Assembly (NCBI GenBank): GCA_043228905.1
Contig: JBHGNT010000014.1
Coordinates: 16,182,001-16,246,000 of the forward strand
Length of the DNA stretch: 64,000 nt
DNA from: Azolla caroliniana
Lineage: Eukaryota; Plantae; Polypodiophyta
Reading direction: 5' to 3'
Shown piece after piece: positions 12,801 to 26,166 of the stretch. Every line of letters begins with the position of its first letter. The first letter of the stretch is position 1. Under the pieces are notes generated by a model. The model worked only from the letters and a program-made list of their open reading frames with translations, searched no databases and had not been told where the DNA came from. Made by a program: the position numbers and the translations under genes.

Positions 12801-14096
12801 AGTGAGCATATAGAGACAAAATGGCACTTTGTGAATGAATCTCTCTAAAATAAGTGAGAAATTAAGAAAACAAAAAAAACATTTTAGCTCAACAAAAAGG
12901 ACTCCAACATGCACATAAAAATCTTTCTAGTATCATAGTATGCACAAATTTCTAGATTAAAATCTTGAGGTCTAATATTAAAAAGGACCACATGCTCAAC
13001 TACAACTTACCCAAATTTCTTGAAACCCAAAACTAATAGAAACCCAAACAAGAATAGATCAAGGTTATGTCAACAAAATTCATCAAGCACAAATAACACC
13101 AATAAATACACTGCAGGAATACTTGATATCCTACACCCACTATCACAATCCTATTCCTCTACAATGGGGAGATCTACATCCGAGTTACAACAATGTACCA
13201 ACAAGAAAGCACTAGAATACTTGTTGTGTGTTATTCATGTTCATAAATCAACTAGGGAGTACAAATAATGTGATAACTATCACAACACTGCCACTAGGTT
13301 AAGGTGCACTTCCCCTATCCCTTAAAATGGACAGCACTACTTTAACAACAGAGGTCGGTCAGCAATACGTGTTCGAAAAACTTCCTAATATAAACCCCCA
13401 TGTTTCATTGAGGATGCCAAAGATCAATAAGCAAGTCACAGTGAAGACTTGCCAATCTAGCAGCAAAATTCTAGAGTTCCAATGTGCTTTTCATCATTTC
13501 TCAGTTTCGTACAAAAGATAAATCGCTCACTTGCTAAACTGGAACCCATAGAAGTCAAAACATCAAGTAAACTATGTATTCTACACTTTACAAATTTATG
13601 CAAGAGTGCGATGTGATCAAATAAATCAATCAAAGCCATTAAAAAATTTCAACCTAAGATGCTTAAAATTGCAGAGTTTCTATTTGGTAACAAAGGTGTT
13701 TAGATAAGAATGTCATGACAGCCCACAGCTCAAGTTCCACATAGGTTTTTTTCATCTATGCACATTAGCAAATCATGATGTCTCAAGCAACATCAGAGAA
13801 TACAATTACATAAACCTTGCTATACATGCACAAATATGCATTGGCTTTCCGATAAAAAGACAAAAAAAAAACTATAAAATCCAGCCTGGCTTTTGGGAGA
13901 CTCACATCGTAAATGTCCCGGGCTCCATAACCTTCTGCTGATTATGTTTCCAAATTGCTAAAAATTATAAAGCCGATGTATCCTCACTTAAGAGGCACAA
14001 TGCAAAGCAAGGATAACCAAAACAAAAAACAAGTTCATCACATTGCATTGCACCCCAGCTCAACTGATAGTTTTGCTATTTATCCACCCATATGAT

Positions 14097-17000
14097 TCAC
14101 TGGGGCCAATGTTTTTGACTTCTGTAGAGTTCTGGCCTTGACATAGGAAGCATGCCCCTGTTAGATGCTAGATAAAACTGTGCTGCAGGAGTTGCTCCTG
14201 CATCCCCTCCTTCCAATGGTACTGGTGACGACAATAACAATGGTGCAGTCGGTGGCATACTTTGCCAGCTTCTATTGTTTCCCGGTGCCTGTGTACCAGG
14301 GTCAATGGATGGTGTTTCTGGACACCACTCTGGCATATCATCATCATTCCAAAGTCTGCTTGCCCGTCCCCTATGTCCAGCACTCATGGTGGTAGATTCA
14401 TCAGAAGACATATGAGGTCGCCCATACAAAGATGTGCCTGATAGCAGTCCTGGATGTTGACTAGACCCTACATGTATGTGACTTGTTTGTGCATGTAATG
14501 ATAGAGGTCTTGTTTGCTCCAGTTGACCAGATGCATGAGAAAAAATTGGTCTTGGAAATGATGGCTGCAAGCCAGATATATTTGATGTTTCATGCTGGGA
14601 ATTGAACCTCCCAGCATGTTGCTGTGAAGGGTTCCCTACAGAATTCTGAATGTGAGGAGCTTGCATATGAAGGGGAAGAGTTCCAGGAGGAACTTCAGAA
14701 TGTTGGGCACTACTATATGGCAAAATAGTCTGCGCAGAAAATTCATACTCTGGAAGATCGTCACTTTCGTCCATTGCAAACCTACGTTTCATAGCTTTTG
14801 GTCCAAATCCAGGCGGCAAATCATCGCCAATATTTAATTCTTGCTTCAAATCTTTCTCTAACCCTTCAGATTTGCCCCTGCCAGACCTAGAGCCTTGGAA
14901 GGATCTAGAAAACTCCAAGGGCTCACATGTGCGTTGCTCTCGTATGTTTGACATGCACTTATTTGTCAGACTAATCATGCCACCTTCAACATTTTTATTA
15001 GGTATTGAAACATCTTTTTGCAAGTTTACAAAAGACACTGGAGCATGATGATTTTCATACTCTTTGGAAGTTGGTAATGGAAGAAGAGGGGCTTTAGATC
15101 TAGCAATAATATTTCCACTCCATTGGATTCCATTAGGGCGTGTTGGAGAATCCAGTTGTGCTGATAAAGCACTCTTGTTTGCATTGAAATAGTGACCGGA
15201 TGGTTTATGGGTAGTCGTCGATGGTATAAGGCTTCGTCTGCACACAACAAAACCAACTAGCAACCCTTCTTCCTCAACCAAAACCTGATCTACGGTAAGA
15301 TATCCATGATCAACGAGCAGCCTTAAAGAGTTACCACTTCCGGGAAACAGGTAAAGTTCATATCCTGGAAGTGGCTCGGCATAGCCTACTCTTTCTCCTC
15401 GTTGATATTGGTTGGCAGCCTGCAGTGGTTCATTATCCCACTATCAGAATACTTATAATCCATATTAACTTTCCTGACTATAAAAACAACTGATTTAGAC
15501 ATAGAAAATTCTGCCTAATTTAATCACCAATAGCATGAGTTTCTGAGACTACATAATGCATCATCACTCATAATAAATGAAGCTAGACAATCTTCTCACT
15601 CTCACCTCTTTCAAAGCATTTATGGAAGCCACATGATCTGATTCTTTCCGATCTACTTGGCATGTTGTAACCTGAAAGAAAATAATGCATAAAGTTTATA
15701 TCAAACAAGAAAATCATTTCATGAAATGCCTCATGCATCAGAGCAATAAATTAATGGAATTTCCAAAACGCATTTATCTTTTTGATGTGTTAGCTTACCA
15801 TAACAGCTCGTGCCCGAGACAGTCGAAGCTCTTGCAGAAACCTCTCAAGAGCATCTAGCTTTACTCTACCCTTGATCTCAATCTGCTTTGGCCAATTTTG
15901 CAATTCTATTGCATCACCACTGATGCAAAATGGAAAGGAACAGAACATTTTATTGAATGAACAAAAAAATAAAATTATATCGCACCAAAATCAGCGTCAT
16001 AACCAAAACAAATATAGCAGATTACATCTTTAAGACCTTTCGGACCAATCAAATCAAAGTTCAAACAGTTCAAATTCAGAGTCCATATTGTAAGTTATAC
16101 ATCCTCGCTTTTATAAGTCCATACTTACATTAGGGTTCATGCTGTGGTCATGCAGATGCAAGTCCATATACACATTTGTAATGTTAGTAGATTAGCATTA
16201 TTTGAAAACATAATGTCCAACTATTTTTGTTAAATGTGCTTGGCTGTATCAAGCATAATTTTTCATCGTGATTATATTTTTTGCTCACATGCTGTGGCTA
16301 GAGATTGCTCACATAATGTATTGATACACTTTTAAACACAGGCATACGTGCACTCTGTTCTGTTAAATTCCTGTAAAAGCCTTTTGACTTCAACTCTCTT
16401 TAATTTAGAAAATTTAGATATCACTGACCACATCCTTGAATGTATGCCAAACACTCTCATTACTATTGCAGAAGTTCTTTTCGCGCTGCATATCTATGCA
16501 TGCATACATGTATGCAGTATTTATTCGATGCATGTGTGTACACATGTCACACGCATCACTGATATAGATATATATGCATCCATATTGGTTGGTTGTGTTT
16601 TTCTTTACTGATTATCCAAGTTCCCTTTCGACATTTGAAAAATTGGCAACTATGAGAAAATACAGGAATACAGGAATTTAGTAAGTACTTCTGTCTGAAT
16701 CCTGATATTGTTGCCTTCATAAATATTTCACACCAGCCAATGCAGATGTATTTTAGTAAATGAAGGGGGGGCTTCTAATTATCAGAGGCACCTTTTATTT
16801 CATTTATTAGGAAATATGAATGCATTTTGGCACTATATCAATGTGAGGAACATGAACCCTATTGCAATACAATCATAATGAAAAAAACCTCAAATCAGTT
16901 CCAAAACTGGAAAGTGTTCCAGGATGTCTTAGGCCATCAGATAGCATGTTCCATAACAGATAAACAGCCACTTTTCACTGTTATTAAAGATTCCATGATC

Positions 17001-18341
17001 ACAGGCTTTCAATTTATTCTCTTATTTGTAAATGCCTAGGACACTTAGTCTGCCACCAGGTGCAATCCCTATATTTCCCAAAACCTGTAGATCGAAGAAA
17101 GCTACCACATTTATTTCTGTCCACAAAATCACATAGGAATTCTCCAGTCAGCATAAAGGGCAGGGTATCCCAACAGCACTTTCACAATCTTCTGTTTGCC
17201 TGGGTTGCAAAGCTTTAGTGGTAACTTGCCCCTCCATCTACTGCAACAATAGGTTTGCAACTTTATAGTAGAGCCCATATTGTGGCAGTCTGCTGTTGTG
17301 ATTCATTCTTACTTCACCAAGGATACTGTAATGGAAACCCTAATTGCAATATTCCCACAACAAAATCACTGAGTAACATTACAGTACAGAATTTCTGATG
17401 CTAGAAATAATCACCACAGAGTTCATAGCTTTGAGAAAATTGAAGGTAATCATTTATACACATTGGACATAGTTGCACTAATGGAAATGAGCTGTAAGGA
17501 GACAAACTTAAGTGCAAAGATTACAGTAATCTAGATTTTTGTATTCAAGGGTGTAAAAGTAGGAGAAGAATGTGGTTACCAATGACCATCATTGAAGGCT
17601 ATAAACAGAAATGTGGAAATGAACTTCCTATTCAATTTGACTTCAAAGTTTGTCTCAGCATGGCTGTAAACATTACAGCACAGGCAATCAGTAGAAGACT
17701 TCTCTGCAGGAAGTTTTGGAAATCAAATACATATCACCGTGATAGAAAGTAAATATCAAGTCACAAGGTGATACCTGTGGAATGGGAAAAAAAGCCAATT
17801 GCAAGCACAGCTGTTATGTGAAGCAAATCTATTTAGATACACAAGAACACATCATTATTGAAGTTTATGAGCCTCAGAAATAAGGGTTTTCTCTAACGAT
17901 ACAAGTTTACGTATGCCCCTTATTCAACCTCATGTAAATGTTGGTTTGGGCTTGTAAATAAATTATTCAGAAAAATCTGACAGCTACTATAAAAATTCGT
18001 TTATATGCAGAAGTGCTAGCATTTACAAAACCTGACATGCAGAATGTGCCAGAGTCAAAACAGAAACCAAATCCAGTTTTCAAATTCTAGCATGACTGCA
18101 AAAAAAGCACTCTTAACAATGTCATATTGAATCCTGGCTACAAATCGTGGCGTACATGTACACTATGTATATATGTGTGTGAGAACTTGAACCAACGTAG
18201 CAGAAAAGTTGGTTGGGTATGAAAAACCCAAATCCAGTTTTCAAATTCTAGCATGAGAGCAAGAAAAGCACTCTTAACATTTTCCTATTGAAACCTGGCT
18301 ACAAATTGTGGCATAGTGTACACAACATATACAGGTATATC

Positions 18342-18372
<31 letters not shown>

Positions 18373-20462
18373 GTAATTTGAACCAGAGTAAGTAGCAGAG
18401 AAGTTGAGTATGTAGGCATCAAAGCCAAGATTTCTGACTGGCTGTGTTCTTGAATTATACCATGCATTTTTTACATCCAAGTTTCCTTTAGTTCCCCATC
18501 TTTGGAATTTTTTAACTATTTGTCAAACTGGACAATATCAATGTTAGTCTAATATACAGCAGGGACCCAAAAGGTCTGTTCATCTGATACCAAATCATTG
18601 GACTTTTTAACTGTTTGTCAAAATAGAAGAAATCGATGTGAACTAACATACTGTGAGAGCCTAAAAATCCACACGCATCTGATATCCGAAATTCCCATAT
18701 ACTTCTGCCTCACATAAAATAGGCATGAAGAAGTTATGGTTCATTAATAACACGCTTCCTTTTGCCACAACCAGCTAAGCTAAGAATGTCTATTAGAAAA
18801 GTAATCAATAGGTAGCAGTTAACTCAGAAGGAAAATAGCTAATTACTGACAGCACAGAGACTTGGTATCCTCCATCAAAGTCATCAAAAAGGAATCAGCA
18901 CAAACAAAAAAGCAAGCACAAAATGAAAGATGATCCACATGCATTCACACTCAGGTCAAACTTGCTCAAATATTGCATGAACAGAGTGATGGTGCCTTAC
19001 CATGCAGGGTCAGGAAAATCCCACAAATTTCATTCTAGTAAAAGGCAACAGAAATTTACCTTTTATAAATGGCAAGGATCGGTGAAATTTCGCAACCTGA
19101 CAGTTGGAAGCTCCCTTCCCAAAGCGTCTCATTGAAGTTATGCTCATTTTTTCTTTCCTTCAGAGACATTAACCCATTCTTGGTGACCCCAGACTCTTGA
19201 GAACTGTGATTTGGACTCTTAACAATCTTTTGAGGCGCCCTATCCTTTGAATTGCCAGAAACGATGTCCGAATCAGTATCACCAGAATCCACTGCAGACT
19301 CTTTCTTAATACCTAGGCATTCACCAAGGGCAATAATCACAGAAAGGTTAATACTCACTTCCCTTTGAAAATCATTTTTTATTTTAGCTCCCCTTTATAA
19401 AATACCTGCAAACATCTCAGAATTTAATTCTCTAATAGCCAATTTTGGTTGTTTCCCTCCATTTACATCAACTGTGGTATTGCCAGTTTCCTGAGTAACA
19501 GACGAAGACTCTGGCACATCTGCTGCTTCTTGTTTAATTGGCAATGCAACTCTCTGCTGTGAGCCAGCAGTAACCACTTCAGTAAGTACATCATCCTTTT
19601 CGACTGTCACTTCAAATTCACCCTTATGCGTCTTTTTCACCAATCTGGGTTGGCCTCCATCTGGCTCAGTAAGCACAATCATATGAGCAAATTCCTCAGC
19701 TTTGGCTATCCTCCATTCTGATAACTCTTTCGAAGCTAGTTGTTCGGCGTTCATGCTACACAAATTCTCAGGGGTTATCTCCCCAGAAAGAACACGTGCC
19801 CTGAGTTCTGGGTTAGAACGATCTTTCAAATTGAAAAGCAAGGAGCGAGCTTTCTCTTTATATTTCCTATTGACTCCGCCAAAATGCCTGTACATCTCTG
19901 ATTCAACATCAAAGGCAACTCTCTCTGCAAGATCAGGTGCTTTCTTGAAACTCTTATCTTCTACTTCTACGCTCTCTACTTCCAACTTCATTTTCTTGGA
20001 AGGGTTCTCCTCTACTTCTAATGAATCTGGATTTTCCTCATTTACAAAGTTGCTTTCATCTTCAATCTTACTCTGACCTTCTTTACTGATCTTCTCCTCA
20101 TCTAAGGCTACAGAACCTAGAGTTTCCTGTTCCTTATTTGTCGTTTCTTGCACAATTTCCCTGGGCTGGGAAACTGCATCTGTACGATTTTCTGTTTCTG
20201 AAATTAAATTTTGACCCTTATCATCGTCACCTACAGTAAGTGTGGAGGAAATAATTCGATCCTTGTCATCAATTAACCGAAGTGCTGCAGCTAAAGAATC
20301 CCGTAACTTACACCTTACAGTGTCATCACTCTCATTGATCTTGGGGGATGGCAATTGAGCAGTGTCTGCTGCCCTTCTGCTCTGTGTCCGCTTCATGCTC
20401 ACTTCTGTCTTTGGATATTTCGGATTCAGCATGGGTCCCTTCATGTACTGGTGATTATCCAT
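14097..20462 (-). CDS. TFIIS central domain + SPOC domain protein (BORDER/PHF3/DIDO-like); CDS exons 20462-19406, 19312-19060, 15919-15799, 15671-15606, 15419-14097
   Basis: TFIIS_M motif ESEMYRHFGGVNRKYKEKARSLLFNLKDRSNPELRARVLSGEITPENLCSMNAEQLASKEL; SPOC motifs LWEGSFQLS, NWPKQIEIKGRVKLDALERFLQELRLSRARAVM and ERVGYAEPLPGYELYLFP; DDLPPGFGP, DDLPEYEF and DDDMPEWCP motifs in the C-terminus. All four introns are GT-AG with compatible phases. Confidence 0.92.
18060..18412. repeat. ~165-bp imperfect tandem duplication in the 3.1-kb intron of the SPOC gene
   Basis: CCAAATCCAGTTTTCAAATTCTAGCATGA...AGCACTCTTAACA...CCTGGCTACAAAT present at ~18067 and ~18228. Confidence 0.8.
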
Positions 20463-20564
20463 GGGAGGTTGCAGCAAGTGCACATTAAAAAAGCTTGGTG
20501 AAAACTAATCTGCATCTTCCCTCTCTTGAATTTGCTTGTTTCTTTGGTTTCCTTCTTCGTTCAC

Positions 20565-21039
20565 CTGGAGTTTTTCACAGACAACCGTAGGTCAATCTCT
20601 TCACTATTAAACATGCTGAAAATTTACAGACAGAAAGCACATACTGTACATATGCATACATAGGGTTTTTCACAGACAAGCGTAGGTCAATCTCTTCACT
20701 ATTAAAAATGCTGAAATTTTACAGACAGAAAGCACATACCGTACATATGCATACATACACACACACACACATATGTAGAGAAAGCGAGAGAATGAGAATG
20801 AGCACAATTTCACGCTTTTATTCAATCTTGCCGCCACAAATCAAAAGCAGTCCTCTGGAAGAAAGGCCTAAGAGCACAAACACACAGGAATGCAGGTAAA
20901 GAAGAAAGGGAGATACACAAAAACACATACGATAATACACTACAGACAAGCTCCACTACAACAACAACAAGAAGAAGAAGAAGAAGAAATAAAAGGGCAG
21001 GGAAGATCCCCCTCCACACACACACAAGCACAAGCACAC

Positions 21040-21095
<56 letters not shown>

Positions 21096-21111
21096 ACCGT
21101 GTTATGCTTAC
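20565..21111 (-). other. Probable 5'-UTR intron of the SPOC gene, with a ~96-bp tandem duplication and a (CT)n(CA)n microsatellite
   Basis: Minus-strand CAG|GTAAG donor at 21111 and CAG acceptor at 20565; duplicated block at ~20571-20660 and ~20667-20756. Confidence 0.6.
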
Positions 21112-21672
21112 CTGTGCTGGCAAGAAAAAAGATCGGATATGTATGGTGGGTAGGAGCAGTAGACCCTCTCTGTCTTCCTGGCTGCTGATGATGCTTCTTC
21201 TTCTTCTTCTTGGAGGAGGAGGAGGAGGGGGAGGGGGAGGAACTGATGATGGGTTATTTCCTGATTTCTTGCTTTCTTAGCGGCGATGGAAATCTGCAGC
21301 AGAGCAGAGCAGAGCGGAGATGATGGATGGATGGATGGGTCGAGGGAGAAGGAGGGAGGAGAAGAGAGGCGGTGGGGGGGCAGAGTTCATTCAGATTGGG
21401 CGGACAAAAGAAAAACGAAAGAGCAGACAGAGCTTGGCCGCCCAAAGACATTATTATGTATTTCCTCTCTCTACAAAGAGAGAGAGAGAAAAGAGAGCTT
21501 GATCTGTGTTGCAGATCTTCGTGAAAAACCCCTCATCAACAAGACTATCGCTCTCGAAGAAGAAGAAGAAGAAGTCGAGAGAGTAGCAATGGGCATATAC
21601 CATCGACAAATTCGAGACCAATATCCTCGACACAACAAACACAGAAGGACTTCCTCCAGCTCACGTGGCCGT

Positions 21673-22082
21673 TAACAATCGGTAACGGTTCGGTTCAGTT
21701 CGAGAGGGTCAAAACCGAACCGGTTTAGAACCGAACCATTTAAAATTTTTGAAACCTGAACCGAACCACGAAACCGTTAAACTATTAAACCGTTACAACC
21801 GTGGTTCGGTTTCGGTCTTCAACTTAGGTCAATTTTTAATTTTTTTAATTTTTTAGATTTATAATATTTCATTATTTTAAAATTTTAAAGATGTTCCTAA
21901 AATGTGAGAATAAGTCTAAAAATGAAAATATAGTTTTTAAACAAAATAAATTTAATTTTAAAAATAAAAAACTGTTAAATCGTTTAACCGCGGTTTTTGA
22001 CTATTGAAACCGAACCGAATCGTTGAAACCATTAATCCGTTAAGTTGCGTTTTCGCGGTTCGAGAACCATTGCCGATTGTTA
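21673..22082. mobile_element. Non-autonomous hAT element (MITE), copy 2, upstream of the SPOC gene
   Basis: TIRs TAACAATCGGTAACGGTT / AACCATTGCCGATTGTTA; 8-bp TSD GTGGCCGT / GCGGCTGT; AACCG-rich subtermini and an AT-rich core. Confidence 0.8.
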
Positions 22083-22802
22083 GCGGCTGTGTTTTTTTTT
22101 ATTCTTCCAAGCAAAGCAGCTTGAGGATGGAACAGACATATGGGGAGATCGATTACAACATTTGCACTTCGTTCTTCTATCTTGGGAGTATTGAACCTTC
22201 CCTCATGGCTTTAGGCTTCGGCAAGGAAATAAAAAAAAAGAAAGATGAGTTGTTGCAAGTGCCATGCTCATATATCATCCACGTGTTGGCAATTTCGGGA
22301 AGAAGCAGCATGGACATAATCGCTAGCTTCGTCCTAGAAAGAAGATCAAATTGACCCATCCTTCGGTCATCGTTAAAATAGACATTGGATTATTTTGTAG
22401 CATTTTAGCGAGAACGTTGATTACCTTGAGGCTTGCTTTTGACACTTGTAATGAAAACTCTCATGAGTCTGAGATTTTTGTCTCAAAAAAGAAGAAATGA
22501 CATTCTTTCTCCTATGTGTGTTTGTGTATGTATGTGTGTGTGTGTGTTTATGGCCATTGGCCATTGGTCACTCACCATCACGCTTGCCCACCTATGGGGC
22601 AATAATGGCCACCCTAAACCCTACATCTACCTTCCTCACCCACGCACTCATGCATCTCCATTACCTTTGACATATGTGCATATGGATGACCTGATGACAA
22701 CCACCCCCCCCCCCCTCTCACGCATCAATCAACATGGATCCTCAAGAAGTTGTATAGATAGATAGATATATTTTTAACATCCAAGAGACATTGAATGTGT
22801 TC

Positions 22803-22805
<3 letters not shown>

Positions 22806-22857
<52 letters not shown>
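22806..22857. repeat. (GA)n microsatellite
   Basis: Direct reading. Confidence 0.95.
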
Positions 22858-22861
<4 letters not shown>

Positions 22862-25747
22862 CTCCTCTTCGTTTGTAGTTGTCTCTACTCGATCGTAGTG
22901 TGATTATTGGTAAGTCGTTGCGATAAGGGATCGTTCTCTTTATCCAGGTGTCCCCAACAATTAACCAATATGCTCAAAAGAATAATGGTTGTGATGGTGT
23001 TTTCCAATCACCGTGCCCATATATTCTTATTCGTGTATTCCCTTCTGGAGGATCAATTATTTGTCATACATTTATTGATTACGGTTAAAAATGAACCTCT
23101 CTCAAGAATTTATTCATAGGAATAGTGCAATGAGCGGTTCAATATACCTCTTTGTCACAACTTATAAGGTGAAGGTCACGCCAAGATTTCCTAACAATTT
23201 CTCACCAATGGAAACACATAATGGATTGTTCTAGAATATCTTCTCGTGTTGCCTTATCAATGATAAAAATTTCTTGAACAAGCAAAGTCATCTATGACCA
23301 AATATATATTCGGAGAGGCTTTCCTAGATTACTAATAGATAAGTCTTATTGTTGTTGTATTCTCCACCTAGTTTTAGTGGGGTCATTGTGAAATGCACTC
23401 TCTAGTTACAAGAATCTCCTAAAACAAAAAATGACGACGACGACACTATCTACGTGTGGCATGGATGTCAACAACTATATTTAAATGTTTAACTCTATGT
23501 CCTCCACCTCATACAATCAACTAAAACAGTGTATATTGTGGCCAAACATATCACGCTTTATTTTGAAACACATGTAAATTCTTAATTCGACTAAGAGTAT
23601 ATGACAAATCATGATTAGTAAAGTTTAAGAGCTAATACCTAAATAATTACAAGTTTGGAGAGATTAAATTAGATGACATGGTCTAAAAGTCTCTCTCTTT
23701 TGTTGCAACTTATATAGTGGGTGTAGCATAGTGAAGTCCAATGGATTTTGGTTCATCTAGTGTTATCTTATCACTTGTGCCATGTCATAGTAGTTTGAAT
23801 TTTTCCAAAAGGTACTTATTTCCTAACAATTCTTAGGCTTTCCTTTAGGGTCTATCTAGTTACTCTCAAATAGACCCTAGTGAACCTGGCATTTTGCAAT
23901 ATTATACACCTCACCGTGCTCTTGAACAACTTCCGGAAAGTGAATGACCAAATATGTTTTTCTTTGCCAATGTTACACTACCATCAGAATTGTCAAGAGA
24001 GGTTCAAATGACCAAGGTTGCAAATCCGCATAACAATAATTGATTTTCCTCTGATTTTTCGGATGGCGGACATTTGGCCATATTGTTAATGTTGCATGGA
24101 CTAGATTTGATGTCCACTTTTTTGAGACACTTTGATATTCTTGGATAAGATCCTCCTTCCTATGTTATTTGACATATCCAACCAATGCAATATCTCTTCC
24201 AAAACTTCCATAATCCACTATCTAATATGAAAGAATGTTGTTAGGAAATTTTGCAAGTAGGTTTGCAAATGAAGTACTTGTTTGTAAAGAAGTATTATTT
24301 ACTAGTTTAGTATTACATGTATTGGTTTGATATGCATTCTAACAATTAGGAATTAAAAACATCCCTAAACTTGGGTTGTGCCATCTAGTCTTCAAGAAGT
24401 TTTTTAGTGTGGTCATTGATCCAAGATAATAAGGCATCTTTCTACAATCAATTTTTAAGGGAAAGTCCTTTTAGAATCCCCCTTTGATTGCATAGGTGGC
24501 TCTCCTTTATCAATAAGTCTGGTATCAAATCTTCAAACAACTTGCATTGTTCTTCATATGCTTCATTGAACCCATTCTCATTCTCATTCTCATACTCATC
24601 AACCTTCGCCCACTTAAGGACGAGAGTGGATTGTAGAGCGAGGATGAAGATGTCAGATGAGTCAATAAGAAATGGGGAAGAGGTTTAGTGTTGATGACAT
24701 CATGTTGTTCTCATATATTTTGATGATATGCATCACTTACTTAGTGTATCGGAAACATATCGCCCAATGAACAGGCTATCTGCTAATGTGGAAACAAAAC
24801 AATACAACAAAAACCCTAACTCAATTTTTACATATAGAACTAATACGAATGATGCAAAGCTTCAAAAAACTTGGTGTTAATGTCCCATTGACAAATATGT
24901 GGAATTCATGTTATGAGTTACGAATCTATAATTCACATAGGTTGTAATAGTTATTATACATATGTTTGAGAATCAATAAATCCAAAGTGATACTTGGAGA
25001 TGAGAAGTGAGGTTGACGTTATCAATGCTATGGTGGTCCAACTGATGCTTTATGAAAGTGGAATTGGGGGGTGGCACTTATATTCACTTAGTGCATGGAA
25101 TGAAATAGAGAAAATTCAAAAATTATATGCACGTACACAATTGGGAGTTAAATTCTCGTCATCCTATCAGGCCATGCTATAAGAAACAAGTGTGTTGCCC
25201 ATAAAGGTATACGCCATGCAAAGAGTAAACACTATGTATATCACAAAAGTCAAGAATATACCTTATCACTGATTACGAAAACAAGCTTGGAACAAAGGGA
25301 TGCAAAGTACAAAATAAGTAATAAGAACAAAATTCTCTCAAATGGTTGGGTACAAGATATATTAAAGCTCTTAGGTGATGCCTATGAGGTATGTGATCAC
25401 CAAGGACAAATTACAAGCGGCATCGAGGATCGAATGGCAAGATGCAATAATGTCAAAACTAGAAATATTATGTTTACAAATGTTAACCCTTTGATGTTGG
25501 CATGGAATACACAGTCAACATGGCATGTAACATTCCAACCACATCTTATAACTACCTCCAAGGGCCCCGGGGTGTTGGAGAGCCCGAGATTGCTTTATCC
25601 AAGAAACTCACGCACACAAATGAGGAATCGAGGGAGCATCATGGCGTCATTGCCCAAGAACCGAAGATATGCAAGGGTACGAACTGAGAACCTAGTGGAG
25701 GAAGAGCAACATCCCTTACATCTCTCATTGGCATCAACATACATACA

Positions 25748-25778
<31 letters not shown>

Positions 25779-26166
25779 GTAAGTGTGCGATTCACACGAT
25801 TCGAATTGGCGCTAATTTTTATGATGTTGAGAGTTTCTGGTGTCCGATATGTCGAGATTGGCATATGCTCGGACAACAAAAGAAATTCCCGTTCCATTCC
25901 ACTTAAGAAATTCCCATTCCATTCCACTTTCTCTGTCTCTTGTCTCATGTCTCTCATTCTCACAAAATAACAAGAATAGTTACTCCGTAAATATTCTTCT
26001 TAGACATGTATATGTGTGTGTGTGTGTAAATCTTCTTCTTCTTCTTCTTCTTATTATTAGTTCTTCTTCTTCTTCTTCTTCTTCTGTATGTTGATTTTCT
26101 GTGGAAAAAAGGAAGCAGAGCATATCATTAGCAGGCTGCAGCAGAGCAAGCTCTGTTCCCTCTCAG

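Noticed and set aside
25287-25970. 227-aa ORF upstream of PIS
   Set aside because: No recognisable domain, includes a (TACA)n microsatellite, starts at TTG; likely non-coding or a TE remnant.
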